A DNA stretch of 64,000 nt from Terriglobia bacterium (GCA_965198225.1 CBDAOY010000006.1:352001-416000), one strand, 5' to 3'; counted from the first letter of the stretch, positions 51,327-61,725 are shown. Program-made: numbers and translations. Notes: generated by a model from the letters alone, not told the origin.

Positions 51327-54300
51327 ATGGTTTATCGTTCCTTTCTTTCGGTAGCCGTCGTTCTGCTGCTCGCAGTAAGCGCTGCAGGCCAGTCGACTAC
51401 CGGTACGATTACGGGAACCGTGACTGATGTCACCGGTGCGGTACTGCCGGGCGTCGAGGTCACGGTAACCAACGTCGGCACGAACCTGACTCGCAGCATG
51501 ATTACGAACGAGTCGGGGCTCTACACAGCGCCGCAGCTTCCGCTCGGAAACTATCGCGTGGAAGCACTGCTTCCCGGCTTCCAAACGGCGGTCCGAAGCG
51601 GCATTACGCTGAACGTCGACCAGCGTGCCCGGATTGACCTTGTCCTGGAGGTCGGTCAGGTGACCGAGGTCGTCGAGGTAACCGCCGAGGCGCCCTTGAT
51701 CCAGACTGAAGACTCTTCCATCGGCACGGTCATCGACCAGCAGAAGGTCACGGAGCTTCCCCTGAACGGGCGGAACTTCGAGAGCCTCGTGCTGCTGGTT
51801 CCCGAGGCCGTGACCGCGCAGCAGGGCTCGCATCTTGGCGCCCGCGGCGGCGTCGTCATCGCCGGCATGGACGAGCACTACCAGAGCTTCTACATCGACG
51901 GTGTCGACAACGTCGACACGATCATCCGGAACTTCGCATACCGCCCGTCGATCGACGCGATCGAAGAGTTCAAGGTCCAGTCGACCGGTTACGCGGCGGA
52001 GTTCGGCCGCAATGCCGGCGCGGTGATCAACGTGACGACGCGCTCCGGAACCAACGAGTTCCATGGAGCCATCTTCGATTACCACCGCAACAAGGCCCTG
52101 AACACGTCGACCAAGTTCGCCAAAGATGAGGGGCTCAAGAAGGAAGGGTTCCTGCGGAACCAGTTCGGCGCGACGCTGGGCGGTCCGATCGTTCGCGACC
52201 GGACGTTCTTCTTCTTCGCCTATGAAGGGCAGCGGCAGAGATCGGAGGTCGTCAGACGCGGCAACGTTCCGACCACGAAGATGCGAGCCGGTGATCTGTC
52301 CGAGCTCACCAGCAATTTGATCGATCCGGTAACGGGACAGCCGTTCCCGAACGCCACGATCCCGGCGAATCGGATCAACCCTCTATCGAAAGAAGCGCTC
52401 GGCTTCTGGGACGCACCAAACTCCAGCGGGACATCGCGGAACCTGAGCGTGGCGGGTAGCGAGACCGCGGACTTCGACAACATCTCGATCAAGATCGATC
52501 ACGCGTTCACGGATGTTCACCGCGTGTCGGGTCGTTACAGCTATGCGAAGGAGTTCATCTTCAACCCGTTCGGGTTTCAGGGTAGGTCGGTCCTGCCGAC
52601 CTTCGGCCAGTTTAACCCGCGTTACCGGACGAGCTCCGGCATCAACATGACCAGCGTGTTCTCGCCGCGCGTCATCAACGAGGTTCGCGTGGGCTTCAAC
52701 CGGTTCGCGCAGCCTCTGGCTGACTTTTTCAGCTCGCTGGTGTCCCTGGTCGGCGAGGAGCGGACCCCGCTGCCGCCGCTGCAGGCGGCGATCACGCGGA
52801 ACCGCGACGCGTTCGATACGTTCAACTTGAGCGGAGTGGTTACCAACCTGGGTGTCGGCGGCGGCTTCTGGCGTCTGAACAACACCTGGAACATCATCGA
52901 CTCGCTGACCATCAACAGCGGCAACCATTCGTTCAAGTTGGGCGTGGACTACCGGAAGATGGATTTCCACAACATCACCGGAAGCCCGAACACCTACACG
53001 TTCAACGGTGATTTTACAGGGAACCCCTTCGGCGACTTCCTGCTCGGGTATCCGATCACCACGGCCACCCAGACCGGTATCCTGGAGGCGGGCATCCCGG
53101 CTCGGGAGTACGGACGCGAGCGGAAGCACGAGTTCGCTCTCTATGTCCAGGACGACTGGAAGGTGAATCCCGATCTGACGATCAACTGGGGATTGCGGTG
53201 GGAGTACTACAATCCTCTGACTGCTCTGAACGGGCTGTCGGGATGGCTTGCGGAAGACAACAAGATCCACGTCGTCTGCCGCGAAGCCTACGAGGCGGAG
53301 TGCGGCAAGGGGGCCGTCGACCCGAACTTCTTCGTCATCCAGGACGACGGCAACGGTATTCTGCCGCAAGGCTTGACCCGGCCCGACAAGAACAACTTCG
53401 CGCCGCGGCTCGGCCTGGCCTGGAGTCCGGGCGGGAGCAACACGGTGATCCGCGCCAGCTACGGCATCTTCTACGACTCGGACGACCGTCACAAGTCGTT
53501 CTGCTGCGTGAAGGGCGCGCCGTTCAACAAGTCGTTCAGCTTCCGGGCGACCAACTTCAACGATCTGGATCTGGCTATGGATCCGTTCCCGCAGAGCCTG
53601 GCGGGAAGCGGATCGTTGACGGGTGGCGCCTACGATCCCGACATGCGAGACACGTACGCCCAGAAGTGGAACCTGGGTGTCCAGCGCGAGCTGGCCGGGA
53701 GCCTGATGATGGACGTCAGCTACGTGGGCTCGGTGACTCAGAAGCAACGCCGGAGTCGCCGTGTCAACCAGCCGTTGACGCCGGGGCCGGGCGGCGTGTC
53801 CGGGCGCCGGACATTCCAACCGTTCGGGAGGCTGACGCTGACTGAAAACAGCGGCCACTCCAACTTCCACTCGCTGCAGGCGAAGATCGAGCAGCGGTTC
53901 TCCAGCGGCCTGACCTTCATCAACTCGTTCATGTGGGGCAAAGCGATGGACGACCGCTCAGTCGGGACCGCCGGAGCGGCTAGTGGTGCTCAGAACCACT
54001 ACAACTGGGATGCGGAGTATGGGCCCTCCAGCTTCGACGTCCGGTTGAAGTACAGCTTCAGCTACGTCTACGCGCTTCCCGAAGGCAGCAACGCCTTCAC
54101 CCGCGGCTGGCAGTTGAGCGGCATCCTCACGGCCCAGAGCGGCCGCCCGTTCACGCCGCGGCTGGGCTCCAACGTCGCCAACGTAGGCAACACGTCGTAT
54201 CCGAACCGGATCTGTGACGGTAAGCTCTCGAACCCGACGGAAGACCGCTGGTTCGATGCCAGCTGCTTCGTTGCCCCGGCCGCGTTCACGTACGGCAACT

Positions 54301-54539
54301 CCGGACGCGCTATTCTGGAGGGCGACGGGTTCTTCAACTGGGACATGTCGGTCATGAAGAATACATACGTGATGGATGAGCGGGTGAACGTTCAGTTCCG
54401 TGTCGAGGTCTTCAACCTCACCGATCACACGAACTACGGTTTCCCCGAGACTCGTGTCGACCGGTCCAGCGCAGGAACGATCGGAGCCTTGCTCGGCAAC
54501 CCGACGCAGGTGCAGTTAGGCTTGCGGATCGTTTACTGA
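51327..54539 (+). CDS. TonB-dependent receptor, Oar-like, with N-terminal carboxypeptidase-regulatory-like domain
   Basis: Signal peptide, GTITGTVTDVTGAVLPG, ELPLNGRNF, AEFGR..G..IN..TRSGTNEFHG, QDDWK, NNFAPRLG, C-terminal QLGLRIVY. Confidence 0.93.
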   Translation: MVYRSFLSVAVVLLLAVSAAGQSTTGTITGTVTDVTGAVLPGVEVTVTNVGTNLTRSMITNESGLYTAPQLPLGNYRVEALLPGFQTAVRSGITLNVDQRARIDLVLEVGQVTEVVEVTAEAPLIQTEDSSIGTVIDQQKVTELPLNGRNFESLVLLVPEAVTAQQGSHLGARGGVVIAGMDEHYQSFYIDGVDNVDTIIRNFAYRPSIDAIEEFKVQSTGYAAEFGRNAGAVINVTTRSGTNEFHGAIFDYHRNKALNTSTKFAKDEGLKKEGFLRNQFGATLGGPIVRDRTFFFFAYEGQRQRSEVVRRGNVPTTKMRAGDLSELTSNLIDPVTGQPFPNATIPANRINPLSKEALGFWDAPNSSGTSRNLSVAGSETADFDNISIKIDHAFTDVHRVSGRYSYAKEFIFNPFGFQGRSVLPTFGQFNPRYRTSSGINMTSVFSPRVINEVRVGFNRFAQPLADFFSSLVSLVGEERTPLPPLQAAITRNRDAFDTFNLSGVVTNLGVGGGFWRLNNTWNIIDSLTINSGNHSFKLGVDYRKMDFHNITGSPNTYTFNGDFTGNPFGDFLLGYPITTATQTGILEAGIPAREYGRERKHEFALYVQDDWKVNPDLTINWGLRWEYYNPLTALNGLSGWLAEDNKIHVVCREAYEAECGKGAVDPNFFVIQDDGNGILPQGLTRPDKNNFAPRLGLAWSPGGSNTVIRASYGIFYDSDDRHKSFCCVKGAPFNKSFSFRATNFNDLDLAMDPFPQSLAGSGSLTGGAYDPDMRDTYAQKWNLGVQRELAGSLMMDVSYVGSVTQKQRRSRRVNQPLTPGPGGVSGRRTFQPFGRLTLTENSGHSNFHSLQAKIEQRFSSGLTFINSFMWGKAMDDRSVGTAGAASGAQNHYNWDAEYGPSSFDVRLKYSFSYVYALPEGSNAFTRGWQLSGILTAQSGRPFTPRLGSNVANVGNTSYPNRICDGKLSNPTEDRWFDASCFVAPAAFTYGNSGRAILEGDGFFNWDMSVMKNTYVMDERVNVQFRVEVFNLTDHTNYGFPETRVDRSSAGTIGALLGNPTQVQLGLRIVY

Positions 54540-54553
54540 TCTCTTGATCATTC

Positions 54554-54587
54554 AGACCAGGGGGGCAGCTTGCCTCCCTGGTCTTTT
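54554..54587 (+). terminator. Rho-independent terminator
   Basis: agaccagggggg-cagcttg-cctccctggtct followed by a T-tract. Confidence 0.75.
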
Positions 54588-55271
54588 GCGTGTTAACACT
54601 AATGAGCATGAATGTTTTATAATCAGGCATGGAGATCACACAGGAGCAGTATTGTCGCATCGAGCCGGAACTGCCGCGTCAGCGGGGCAACGTCAGTCTT
54701 TCGAACCTGACGGTCTTGAACGCCATTTTGTATGTGGCTGAGCAGGGCTGCAAGTGGCGCGGTCTGCCCAAGCGCTTTGGCAACTGGCACACCATCTACA
54801 CCCGGATGAACCGCTGGTCCAAGAACGGGGTGCTCGACGCCGTCTTCGAAAAACTCCAGCGCGAGCAACTGGTGCGCATCCGGGTGGAAGCCGTTTCGAT
54901 GGACTCGACCATTGTGAAGGTGCATCCCGACGGCACAGGAGCGTTAAAAAAAACGGTCCGCAAGCGATCGGCAAATCCCGCGGTGGATGGACCACCAAGA
55001 TTCATCTGGTTGCCGCGAACGCTCGAACGGCGATAACGTTTGCGCTCTCGCCCGGCCAAGCGCACGACGCCCCGCAGGGCCGCGAGCTGCTCGCCGGCCT
55101 GGGGCCGTTGCCCGCGCCGCTGCCGCTGCTGATGGACCGTGCCTACCAGGACGACCAGACCCGCCAATTGGCTCTGGATTTTGGGTGGATTCCCGTCGTG
55201 CCGCCCAAGCGCAACCGCTTGGAGCCGTGGGAATACGACCGCGTTCTCTACCGCCGCAGGAACGAAGTCGA
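54588..55271 (+). mobile_element. IS5 family (IS427-like) element, right end missing; transposase orfA/orfB with A8 frameshift site
   Basis: Left end gcgtgttaacacta; orfA 54629 (GCKWRGLP..FGNWHTIY.R..RW, DSTIVKVH); A8 at 54946-54953; orfB IGKSRGGWTTKIH, MDRAY, YRRRNEV, then breaks. Confidence 0.88.
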
Positions 55272-55737
55272 CCTGACGCCGTTCATACGCTGGCTCACGA
55301 TCGACAAGAAAATCGTAAAACCCGGCGACACGATTCGCGGCCAGGCGATGGTCGAAGACCCCGCCGGAGTCGCACGCTTCGCCGTGGCGTTCCAGGGACC
55401 GATGGGCCGCCGGACGACGATGCGCATGTCGTTCACGCCGCGAGCCAACAACAAGTCGCTGTTCGACGGGACGCTGACGATCCCGAAATGGATCGAACCG
55501 GGGCGGTACCTGCCCTACGACATGGCGCTGGGTAACGTTCTGGGCCACTTGAAGGGGTATTTCCCGGAATACGTTCCGGCGACGAGGAACCTGGTGCTGG
55601 AGGTCCTTCCCAGTACCGATGCCGATGTCATGCCCCCGACGCTGGAGGAATTTGGCATCGGCGCACCGGGTGAATCCACGGCCGATGGCGTAGCACAGTC
55701 CTATGACATTTCCGAATCCGTGATGGTGTGGGCGAAG
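55272..55737 (+). pseudogene. Internal fragment of an unrelated beta-rich protein fused in frame to the IS5 transposase
   Basis: Open frame with host-like codon usage (KIVKPGDTIRG..VEDPAGV..GTLTIPKWIEPGRY..DVMPPTL), truncated at both ends. Confidence 0.5.
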
Positions 55738-56234
55738 CTGTGGCCCGTCCTCAGCAGCCGATGAACGCGCCTGATTGCGTCATGCGCGTCTCGGCCCGGC
55801 CGGTACGCATACTGCTCCGGTTGCAGGTCGGCTTCGAAGATCGGCGATAACACCAGCATCGCCGCCGTCTGCACCACCCGATCCCGGAGACACGGAATGC
55901 CCAACGGCCGGAACTTCCCTCGTTGCTTCTTCGGGATGAGAACCTGCCGAACCGCATGCGGCCGATAGGTCCCTTCCTTCAGGTCCCGCGCCAGTGCTCC
56001 CAGCCACCGGTCTACCCCAAGCGCCTCGATGTCTCCGACCGTCTCGCCGTCCACCCCGGCCGCGCCGCCGTTGCGGCGCACGGCCTGCCAGGCGACTGCG
56101 AGCACGTCGTCGCGCCACACCTTGTCGCTCAGAGAGTAGAACCGGAAGCCCAGAGCTTCCTTCGCTTTCGCATGTAGCGCCGTCTGGAGTCGCTGAACTC
56201 TCTCCGAGGCTGTTAGGCTCTCGCCAGTCCTCAT
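55737..56234 (-). pseudogene. ltrA: Group II intron reverse transcriptase/maturase, N-terminal fragment (RT0-RT2)
   Basis: RFYSLSDKV, NGGAAGVDG, IPK..RPLGIP..DRVVQ, PIFE..YAYRPGR; breaks before RT3; SD ggagg before ATG 56234. Confidence 0.9.
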
Positions 56235-56308
56235 GTCCCTTCCTCCGTCATGCGCTGCTCTCGAACTGAGGTCCCTTCCCTCCACCGGCATTACCCGGCT
56301 TCCCTGGT

Positions 56309-58055
56309 GTAGAGTCGAAAGTGGTCGGGCTGGTCTGCCCTTCCACCGTCCGCTCAATCAAACGGCTCGTGCGGTTTTCCCGCAAGCCGCTTTCCTCAGT
56401 TGCTCCTCGCACGGAGTCACCGGTCCACGAGACCGGGAATCAGATGCGTCAGTCGGACCAGACCGAACTCTCGAATAAGTCGTCGCGTCGGATAACGGCG
56501 CCACATCGTATTTCTCCACCGTTTCGCGAGAAACGAGTAGATACGGCGCTCAATCCAACGGTCCAGCTCGTTGAAGAGTCGGCGCACCCTCGCTTTGCGG
56601 TAATAGTTCCCCCAGCCCCGAATCACCGGGTTGAGCTGGTCGATGACTTCGCCCAGCTTCAGGGGAGCCTTACGGCGCGAGAGGTGTCGGATTTGCGTCC
56701 GGAACCTCTCGACCGACTTTTCCCGTGGAATGGCATACAGGTTATGGGGGTGCATTCCGCGACCACGCCTCTGTGTATCGGACAGACGCAGTCCTTTCCC
56801 TTGTTTCACCTTGTACCCCAAGAACTCAAAGCCTTGTCGAACGTGTACAATCCGCGTCTTCTTCGGATGAAGTCGAACTCCAAGTTCCTCCCAGAGAAAC
56901 CGCTCTGCAAATGCGAGCGCCTGCCGGGCTTGGGCCGGTGTCCTACAAACCACCACAAAGTCGTCCGCCCAGCGTGTGAGTCTTGACCTTGCCGGGTCAT
57001 CGCACGGTCAAACGGCGTCAGAAAGATGTTCGACCACAACGGACTGGCCACTCCCCCTTGGGGAACTCCCGTCCGCGTGGGTTGCCAGCAACCTCCTTCC
57101 AATACCCCCGAACCCAGGATTGCCCGGATCAGCCCCAGAACTCGGCCGTCGCTGATCTCTTCGGCGATCAAGTCGAGAAGCTTCTCCTGGTCGATCGTGT
57201 CAAAGAACTGCCGTAGGTCAGCATCAACCACCCAGAGGTCTCCGGCGCCTAGCTCTGCCCAGACTTTCCGCATCGCATCATGGGGTGAACGCCCCTTGCG
57301 ATACCCGAATGAGCAGTCCAGAAACAACGGCTCGAAGATTGGTTCCATCCGCTGGACCAGCGCCTGCTGACAGACCCGATCCATTACGGCCGGTATCCCC
57401 AGCTTTCGCATTCCTCCGTCGGACTTCCCGATCTCGACTCGCTTTACCGGCTTGGGTCGATAGGTGTCATCCCGCAGCTTTTGATGCAACAAGGCCAGAT
57501 ACTCCTCCTTGCGCCTTTCAAACTGCTCAATGGTCACTTCGTCGATGCCCGCGCTACCTCGGTTCCGTTTCACTTTCTCCCAGGCCAACTCCAGATTCTT
57601 GCGACTAAACACCTTGTCGATCAGCGAGTGGACCTTTCGCTTCCTTCCCTGTCTGCTTTCCAATGTCGCTGTGGGGCGGCGGGCGGCGGCTTCATCCGTA
57701 CCGCGTTTGGGTCTTTCACTAAAGGAACTATCCAAGTTCACGATATCTCCGCGTTTCCCATCGCTCGCACATTCACAACTGAGTACGGGGACTTCCCCCT
57801 CCAGCGGGCCTTTTGAACCCACCAGCGCCGCTGCTCGAAGCAACGATCCGAAACCTTATGTTTGCCGTCTCGTTCCTGAGTGTAATCTCGACCTTACCTT
57901 CCGCCCGGACGATACCAGGCCTCCCTGGGTCACTCGCGTCTCTTCTCCACCGTGTCGCCCGCACACACCTTGGTGCGATGGGGTGGAACCAATGCGCCTT
58001 CGCCCCCATAGTGCGGGCTCGACCATTCCCCATCTTTGGTGGGGTCTGAAGGGCA
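56309..58055 (-). mobile_element. Inner group II intron, 5' end deleted, inserted in the outer intron
   Basis: D5 AAGCGGCTTGCGGGAAAACCGCACGAGCCGTTTG and D6 ending ..CGACTCTAC at 56309; no GTGYG 5' end is visible before the junction at ~58055 (approximate). Confidence 0.82.
56417..57843 (-). pseudogene. ltrA: Inner intron RT/maturase (WADD active site), frameshift near 56985, no endonuclease domain
   Basis: HSLIDKV, LGIP..DRVCQ, VVDADL..FFD, GVPQGG..SP, then in another frame LTRWADDFVV, FEFLGY, NPVIRGWGNYY. True start is probably downstream of 57843. Confidence 0.9.
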
Positions 58056-58547
58056 TGAGGAGAACCGCCACCGGCAGGGCTTCCCGTGTTGCGTCCATCC
58101 CCCCCTTCCACACGTGCCGCCGCTACTACCCCGGCGGAACCGGTCGGTGCTCGCGTCGCTCGCTTCCCGACCGCTGGCAGCCTTCCCCGTATTCCGGGCG
58201 GATCGGCTTCCGCATCGCTTCGTTCCGAGGCCTGCGCAGCGTTCACATCGTTGCGGCCCGCGTGGTCGCTGAACCGCCCAGGGCGGCCCTTTGTCATCGG
58301 AGTGCTTCAGCCGATGTCGTTACCTCCATCGTCCGCTCCGACTGCTACCGGCTGGAGCGACAGTTGCCGGGCGGGGTTCGCAGAATGTTGGGAGCTCGGA
58401 TATGTTGGGGCCCGGTGTAAGTACTTGTCAGTATTGAACTGCTAGGCCAGACCTCCCAACATAACTTCACGACGCTTTTGGGACGCGTAAGTTGGGGGGA
58501 CGACAGATTTCGCCCATGGTAGAGCCTCTTTCAAGGAGGTTCTCACC

Positions 58548-59771
58548 ATGTTCGAGACACTGTTTTCTGCCGAGCGTGTCTTACGCCGGCATCGGGACGG
58601 CCCGCTCGCCGCACAGCGCGCCGCCTACCTGCAGGACCTGGTGTCCTGCGGATTGGCTCCCAGCACGCTCCGGGTCCGGGCTAGGCACTGCCTCCGGATA
58701 GCGACAAGCCTAAGCACCTGGCCGCCTGACCACTTGTTCTCTACGGACGAGGTAGCGGCGCTGGATACTCGCCGCCTTGCGTCTGGAAAGGCTCTCCGCC
58801 CACCGGTCGATGGCTTCCGCTCCACTGCGCTGGAATTGCTCAGCAGTCTGGGGCGGCTGCGCACGGACCCTCCGTGCGAGCACGACGACAAGCTGAATGC
58901 CTTCATCGCCTTCCAGCGCGAAACCAGTTGGCAGTCAGAGGAAACGTGCCTGATGGCGCGCCCGCGGATCCAGCGATTCCTAAACTACCTGCACCAGCGG
59001 GGTGTGGTCCTGGACGCTGTGTCGCCCGCAGACATCGATGGCTTTTTCGAGGAGATGGCTCAGGTCTGGAGTCGCAAGTCGTTAGCCACAGCCGCTTGGG
59101 CAATCCGTAAGTGGCTGCACTACAGCGGCCGACGCGGCTGGGCTCGACCCGGACTGGACGCGGCAGTCTTGGTGCCGCGTCTGTACTGCCGCGAGGGGCT
59201 GCCACTCGGACCCACCTGGGACACGGTTTCGCGCATGCTTGCCGCCACCGAGGGGGACGATCCTGCGGCGATCCGCGACCACGCGATCCTGCTGTTGCTC
59301 TCGGTCTATGGCGTGCGCTCGGGCGAAGTGCGCCGACTGCGCCTTGACGACATCGACTGGACCGGGAACCGGATCACGTTCGAGCGGTCCAAGAGCCACC
59401 GCCGGGACTTGCTCCCGTTGCATCCTCTGGTCGGCGAAGCGATTGCCCGCTACTTGTCACAATCCCGGCCCCGGACGGACAGCCGGATTGTCTTCCTCCG
59501 GGTACGTCCCCCGCACACGCCGCTCACCACCTGCGCGCTCCACGCCATCGTTGACCACTGCTATCCGGAAGCGGAAAGGCCGTCACGGGGACGGGGCCCG
59601 CACGGGCTGAGACACGCGTGCGCCCGTCATCTCGTCGAGGCTGGTCACAGCTTCAAGGAAGTGGGTGACCACCTCGGCCATCGCAGTCCCGACAGCGCTG
59701 GAATCTACGCGAAGGTGGATCTGCGCTCGCTGCGCCAAGTGGCGCCGGACGATCTCGGGGGCTTGGCATGA
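58548..59771 (+). CDS. ritA: Tyrosine recombinase RitA
   Basis: YGVRSGEV, GPHGLRH, LGH..IYAKVD; SD aggagg. Confidence 0.92.
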   Translation: MFETLFSAERVLRRHRDGPLAAQRAAYLQDLVSCGLAPSTLRVRARHCLRIATSLSTWPPDHLFSTDEVAALDTRRLASGKALRPPVDGFRSTALELLSSLGRLRTDPPCEHDDKLNAFIAFQRETSWQSEETCLMARPRIQRFLNYLHQRGVVLDAVSPADIDGFFEEMAQVWSRKSLATAAWAIRKWLHYSGRRGWARPGLDAAVLVPRLYCREGLPLGPTWDTVSRMLAATEGDDPAAIRDHAILLLLSVYGVRSGEVRRLRLDDIDWTGNRITFERSKSHRRDLLPLHPLVGEAIARYLSQSRPRTDSRIVFLRVRPPHTPLTTCALHAIVDHCYPEAERPSRGRGPHGLRHACARHLVEAGHSFKEVGDHLGHRSPDSAGIYAKVDLRSLRQVAPDDLGGLA

Positions 59772-60715
59772 CGCTCGCCACTGCCGTCGATTCGTACGTT
59801 TCCGCGAAGCGCTCGCGTGGAGCGATTTACGAACGAGAGGGCCCCATCCTGCTCTCCTTCGTGCGCGCAACAGGCGACATCCCCGTCGGGGAGGTCTCCT
59901 ACGAACAGGCTCGGGCATTCTGTTCGGGCTCCGGCCCGGCCACCCGCTGGCAGGTGCACAAGCACAGCACACTCCGAACATTCTTCAAGCATCTCGTTGG
60001 CCGAGGGCACTTGAGCGCGTCACCCCTACCGGATCCGCCGCCACGCATCCGCTCCACCTTCAAGCCGTACATCTACTCCCGCGAGGAAATCCAGCACCTG
60101 CTCGATGCGACCGCAATCTTGCGCGACCGCCGTTGTCCGCTCCGCCCGGAGACCTTTCGCACCTTGCTGCTGCTGCTCTACGGCACTGGTCTGCGCCCAG
60201 GCGAGGCCCGACGCCTGCGGCTCTGCGATGCGGATCTCGACGACCGCATCCTCACCGTCTGGAACACGAAGTTCTTCAAATCGCGCTTGGTCCCGTTTGG
60301 CGCTTCCCTGCGGGATGTCTTGCGAGCTTACCGCGAGATCCGGCTGGCCCTGCCACTTCCCTCTGGCGATCGCTCGGCCTTCTTCGCCACAGCGGGCGGC
60401 AAGACGCTGTCCGCCGACTCTCTGTCTTCGGGATTTGCCCGCATGAGGAAGCGCGCCGGCATCCGCAATCCGCAGAATCGCCTCCAGCACCGCCTGCAGG
60501 ACGTCCGGCACACATTCGCCACCGGCCGACTCCTTCACTGGTACCGCGAAGGGGTCGATGTCCAAGCCCGCCTGCCTTGGCTGGCGACTTACCTCGGTCA
60601 CGCGGACCTGTCCGGTACCCAAGCCTACCTGACGATGACACCCGACCTGCTCGCCGAGGCCTCGCTGCGCTTTCAGCGCTTTGCCGAATCCTTGGCCCAA
60701 GGAGACGCTTCATGA
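59768..60715 (+). CDS. ritB: Tyrosine recombinase RitB
   Basis: TGLRPGEA, TKFFKSRLVP, RHTFA, LATYLGH..TQAYL; ATGA overlap. Confidence 0.92.
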   Translation: MTLATAVDSYVSAKRSRGAIYEREGPILLSFVRATGDIPVGEVSYEQARAFCSGSGPATRWQVHKHSTLRTFFKHLVGRGHLSASPLPDPPPRIRSTFKPYIYSREEIQHLLDATAILRDRRCPLRPETFRTLLLLLYGTGLRPGEARRLRLCDADLDDRILTVWNTKFFKSRLVPFGASLRDVLRAYREIRLALPLPSGDRSAFFATAGGKTLSADSLSSGFARMRKRAGIRNPQNRLQHRLQDVRHTFATGRLLHWYREGVDVQARLPWLATYLGHADLSGTQAYLTMTPDLLAEASLRFQRFAESLAQGDAS

Positions 60716-61725
60716 CATCCAAGCACCTGATCGGTCCGTTCGTCCGGCGCTTCCTGCTCGAGGAAGTCGTACAGGATCGCAACCTCAGCCCGCACACCCG
60801 CAAGAGCTACCGCGACAGCCTCAAACTGCTGTTCGCCTTCCTCGCCGAGCGCCACCGAACCGACCCCACGCGCGTCACTGTCGAGCAGGTCGACGCCACA
60901 CTCGTACGCGAGTTCCTGAGCGACCTCGAAGGACGCCGTGGCAACTCCGTTGCCACCCGCAATCAGCGCCTGGCAGCCTTGCGTTCTCTGTTCCGCTTCA
61001 TCGCGCGTCTCGCCCCGGAACTGGTGGATCAGGCCGCGCAAGTCCGGACCATCCCGGCACGCAAGACCCCGGTTCCCGTCATCCCTTACCTGGACAAGCC
61101 TGAAATCGAGGCCTTGCTCGCCGTCCCGGATCGGGCCACGGTCCAGGGCCGCCGGGACTACGCCGTGCTACTCCTGATGTACAACACAGGCGCTCGGGCC
61201 AGCGAGGCGGCCGGACTTTCTCTGGCCGACCTGAGCCTGCACGGCTCGCCCTCCGCGCGATTCGTCGGCAAGGGCGGCAGGCACCGTCTCTGCCCGCTCT
61301 GGCCCCGCACCGTCGGGGTCTTGCGCGAGGTCCTCGGCGAGCGTCTCGACGGCCCGCCCCAGACCCCTGTCTTCGTCGGCCAGCGTGGCCTGCCGCTCAC
61401 GCGCTTTGGCATTTACGAACTCGTGTGCCGCATCGCGCAAAAGGCTGCGCAAACCACGCCTTCGCTTCGAACCAAGCGGGTCAGCCCCCACACCCTGAGA
61501 CACACCACCGCAGTCCACCTGCTCCAAGCTGGCGTCGATATCAATACGATCCGTGCCTGGCTTGGGCACGTCTCTCTGGAAACGACCCACCGCTACGCAG
61601 AGGTCGACTTGGAGATGAAGGCGCGCGCCCTGCGTACATGCGCCAGCAACATTCCTGAACCGGCCCCTGTCGCCCCGAGTTGGCACAACGATTCGGACCT
61701 ACTGGCCTTCCTCTCGGCTCTTTAG
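60712..61725 (+). CDS. ritC: Tyrosine recombinase RitC
   Basis: SPHTRKSYRD, TRNQRLAA, YNTGARASE, SPHTLRH, LGHVSLETTHRYAEVD; ATG 60712 in an ATGA overlap. Confidence 0.92.
   Translation: MTSKHLIGPFVRRFLLEEVVQDRNLSPHTRKSYRDSLKLLFAFLAERHRTDPTRVTVEQVDATLVREFLSDLEGRRGNSVATRNQRLAALRSLFRFIARLAPELVDQAAQVRTIPARKTPVPVIPYLDKPEIEALLAVPDRATVQGRRDYAVLLLMYNTGARASEAAGLSLADLSLHGSPSARFVGKGGRHRLCPLWPRTVGVLREVLGERLDGPPQTPVFVGQRGLPLTRFGIYELVCRIAQKAAQTTPSLRTKRVSPHTLRHTTAVHLLQAGVDINTIRAWLGHVSLETTHRYAEVDLEMKARALRTCASNIPEPAPVAPSWHNDSDLLAFLSAL

Noticed and set aside
12601-53870. Many long antisense or alternative-frame ORFs (e.g. 12601..13998, 35906..37225, 38268..39788, 48539..49840, 52383..53870)
   Set aside because: They are shadow ORFs typical of high-GC coding DNA, overlapping well-supported genes and lacking family motifs.
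55701-57843. RTs as retron, DGR or defence RTs
   Set aside because: They carry RT0 and maturase X motifs and are embedded in recognisable intron RNA domains (GTGCG 5' end, D5/D6).
59665-61725. 686-aa ORF as one long integrase
   Set aside because: The first ~350 aa are an off-frame overlap of ritB; ritC starts at ATG 60712 with an ATGA overlap and SD.
58548-61725. Recombinases as a dedicated shufflon invertase for the TonB receptor pair
   Set aside because: They are bounded by their own inverted repeats and inserted within an intron, so they form a self-contained RIT; no matching sites were seen in the receptor genes.
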